A stretch of DNA of 64,000 bases. It comes from Collinsella sp. (lineage in GTDB: Bacteria > Actinomycetota > Coriobacteriia > Coriobacteriales > Coriobacteriaceae). The stretch spans positions 479,589-543,588 of the forward strand of contig JBKXET010000001.1 of assembly GCA_046995905.1 (NCBI GenBank), written 5' to 3'. Of the stretch, positions 62,508 through 64,000 are shown piece by piece. The notes under the pieces are model-generated. The model was not told the DNA's origin. It did no database searches and was given only the letters and a program-made list of their open reading frames with translations. The first letter of the stretch is position 1; each line of letters starts with the position of its first letter. The translations under genes and the position numbers were made by a program.

Positions 62508-64000
62508 ATGCAAAAGGAATACCTGTCCGCCGCGGCGGAGGTACTCAGCGACCAGGGCGTCGATGAGAACCTCGGCCTGAGCAACGACGAGGCGTCGTCG
62601 CGCCTCGCCAAGACAGGCCCTAACAAGCTCGATGAAGCCGAGAAGACGCCGTTGTGGAAGCGCTTCTTTGAGCAGATGGCCGACCCCATGGTCATCATGC
62701 TGATCGTTGCCGCCGTCATCAGCGCGCTCACGGGTATGGTCAAGGGCGAGCCCGACTTTGCCGATGTCGTCATCATCATGTTCGTCGTTATCGTCAACTC
62801 GGTGCTGGGCGTGGTCCAGGAGGCTAAAAGCGAGGAGGCTCTCGAGGCCCTGCAGGAGATGAGCGCGGCGCAGTCCAAGGTGCTGCGCGACGGCAAGCTC
62901 GTGCACCTGCCGAGCGCCGAGCTCGTGCCTGGTGACGTGATCATGCTCGAGGCGGGCGACTCCGTCCCGGCCGACTGCCGCGTGCTCGAGAGCGCCACGA
63001 TGAAGATCGAAGAGGCTGCACTCACCGGCGAGTCCGTGCCTGTCGAGAAGCATGCCAACGTGATCGAGCTCGCCACCGGCACCGATGACGTGCCGCTCGG
63101 CGACCGCAAGAACATGTGCTACATGGGCTCCACCGTGGTGTACGGCCGTGGCCGCGCCGTCGTAGTCGGTACCGGCATGGATACCGAGATGGGCAAGATC
63201 GCCGGTGCCCTGGCTGAGGCCAAGGAAGAGCTCACGCCGCTGCAGGTGAAGCTTGCCGAGCTCAGCCGCATCCTCACCATCATGGTTATCGTCATCTGCG
63301 TCGTTATCTTTGGTGTCGATATCATCCGCCACGGCGTGGGCAACGTTCTTACCGACCCGACCGCCCTGCTCGATACCTTTATGGTCGCCGTCTCGCTCGC
63401 CGTCGCCGCCATCCCCGAGGGCCTGGTCGCCGTCGTGACCATCGTGCTGTCGCTTGGCGTGACCAAGATGGCCAAGCGCCAGGCAATCATCCGCAAGCTC
63501 TCCGCCGTCGAGACCCTTGGCTGCACGCAGACCATCTGCTCCGACAAGACCGGTACCCTCACCCAGAACAAGATGACCGTCGTCAAGCACGAACTCGCCG
63601 CGCCTAAGGAGAAGTTCCTGGCCGGTATGGCGCTGTGCTCCGATGCCCAGTGGGACGAGGACTTGGGCGAGGCCGTGGGCGAGCCGACTGAGTGCGCGCT
63701 CGTCAACGACGCCGGCAAGGCGGGCCTCACTGGCCTGACTGCCGAGCACCCGCGCGTGGGCGAGGCCCCGTTCGACTCGGGCCGTAAGATGATGTCCGTG
63801 GTCGTCGAGACCCTGGACGGCGAGTATGAGCAGTACACCAAGGGCGCGCCCGACGTGGTGATCGGCCTGTGCACCCATATCTACGACGGCGACAAGGTCG
63901 TTCCGCTGACCGAGGAGCGTCGCGCCGAGCTCGTGGCCGCCAACAAGGCCATGGCCGACGAGGCCCTGCGCGTGCTGGCGCTGGCAAGCCGCACCTACAC
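62508..64000 (+). CDS. P-type Ca2+/cation-transporting ATPase (P2 type), N-terminal part; continues past the window end
   Basis: Not in the ORF track because there is no stop in the window. Own translation from ATG 62508: MQKEYLSAAAEVLSDQGVDENLGLSNDEASSRLAKTGPNKL..., TGES motif (about 63010) and phosphorylation site ICSDKTGTLTQNKM (about 63535-63576). Confidence 0.9.
   Translation, partial: MQKEYLSAAAEVLSDQGVDENLGLSNDEASSRLAKTGPNKLDEAEKTPLWKRFFEQMADPMVIMLIVAAVISALTGMVKGEPDFADVVIIMFVVIVNSVLGVVQEAKSEEALEALQEMSAAQSKVLRDGKLVHLPSAELVPGDVIMLEAGDSVPADCRVLESATMKIEEAALTGESVPVEKHANVIELATGTDDVPLGDRKNMCYMGSTVVYGRGRAVVVGTGMDTEMGKIAGALAEAKEELTPLQVKLAELSRILTIMVIVICVVIFGVDIIRHGVGNVLTDPTALLDTFMVAVSLAVAAIPEGLVAVVTIVLSLGVTKMAKRQAIIRKLSAVETLGCTQTICSDKTGTLTQNKMTVVKHELAAPKEKFLAGMALCSDAQWDEDLGEAVGEPTECALVNDAGKAGLTGLTAEHPRVGEAPFDSGRKMMSVVVETLDGEYEQYTKGAPDVVIGLCTHIYDGDKVVPLTEERRAELVAANKAMADEALRVLALASRTY

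Overview
High-GC (about 60-65%) actinobacterial chromosomal window. The Coriobacteriia/Collinsella-like assignment is only an inference from gene content and sequence style. Most of it is housekeeping genes, largely on the + strand: rubrerythrin fragment, rmuC, ABC exporter, nth, mfd, PAP2 phosphatase, threonine-aldolase-like gene, recQ, ldh, metA, 5-formyl-THF cyclo-ligase, M16 and M32 peptidases, glmM, pheST, an ECF-type Ni/Co transporter, pyk and a P-type ATPase fragment.

The accessory or unusual content is:
1. A GntR-controlled mannose-family PTS with two FrlB-like SIS deglycases, a HAD phosphatase and a DMT permease (Amadori/Heyns-compound type locus). There are also a third GntR-SIS pair and an extra GntR flanking recQ.
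2. An IS110-family element inserted exactly at the apex of a long palindromic intergenic repeat, whose uninterrupted paralog lies 8 kb away in the same window. The transposase is frameshifted. The 5' non-coding end, where IS110-group elements encode their bridge RNA, is tandemly duplicated (2 x 206 bp) and contains strings matching the target flank and both element ends. The two element ends would form a -35/-10 promoter if joined in a circle.
3. A lower-GC patch of about 5 kb next to tRNA-Val. It carries a COG2865/Schlafen-like ATPase, an orphan HNH (HNH_2) nuclease with an unassigned N-terminal domain, a zinc-ribbon protein and a DUF5710 protein. It is preceded by a 560-bp intergenic region packed with two iteron-like repeat families.
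4. A hicAB module and a low-GC NTase+HTH gene pair.
5. Several unrelated intergenic repeat families. One is a ~165-nt element with a conserved loop and tail but a co-varying 29-bp stem.
6. A Phe T-box leader and a NikR-type operator.

No CRISPR array, rRNA, prophage or integrase was seen. All domain calls come from motif recognition by eye and need HMM confirmation.
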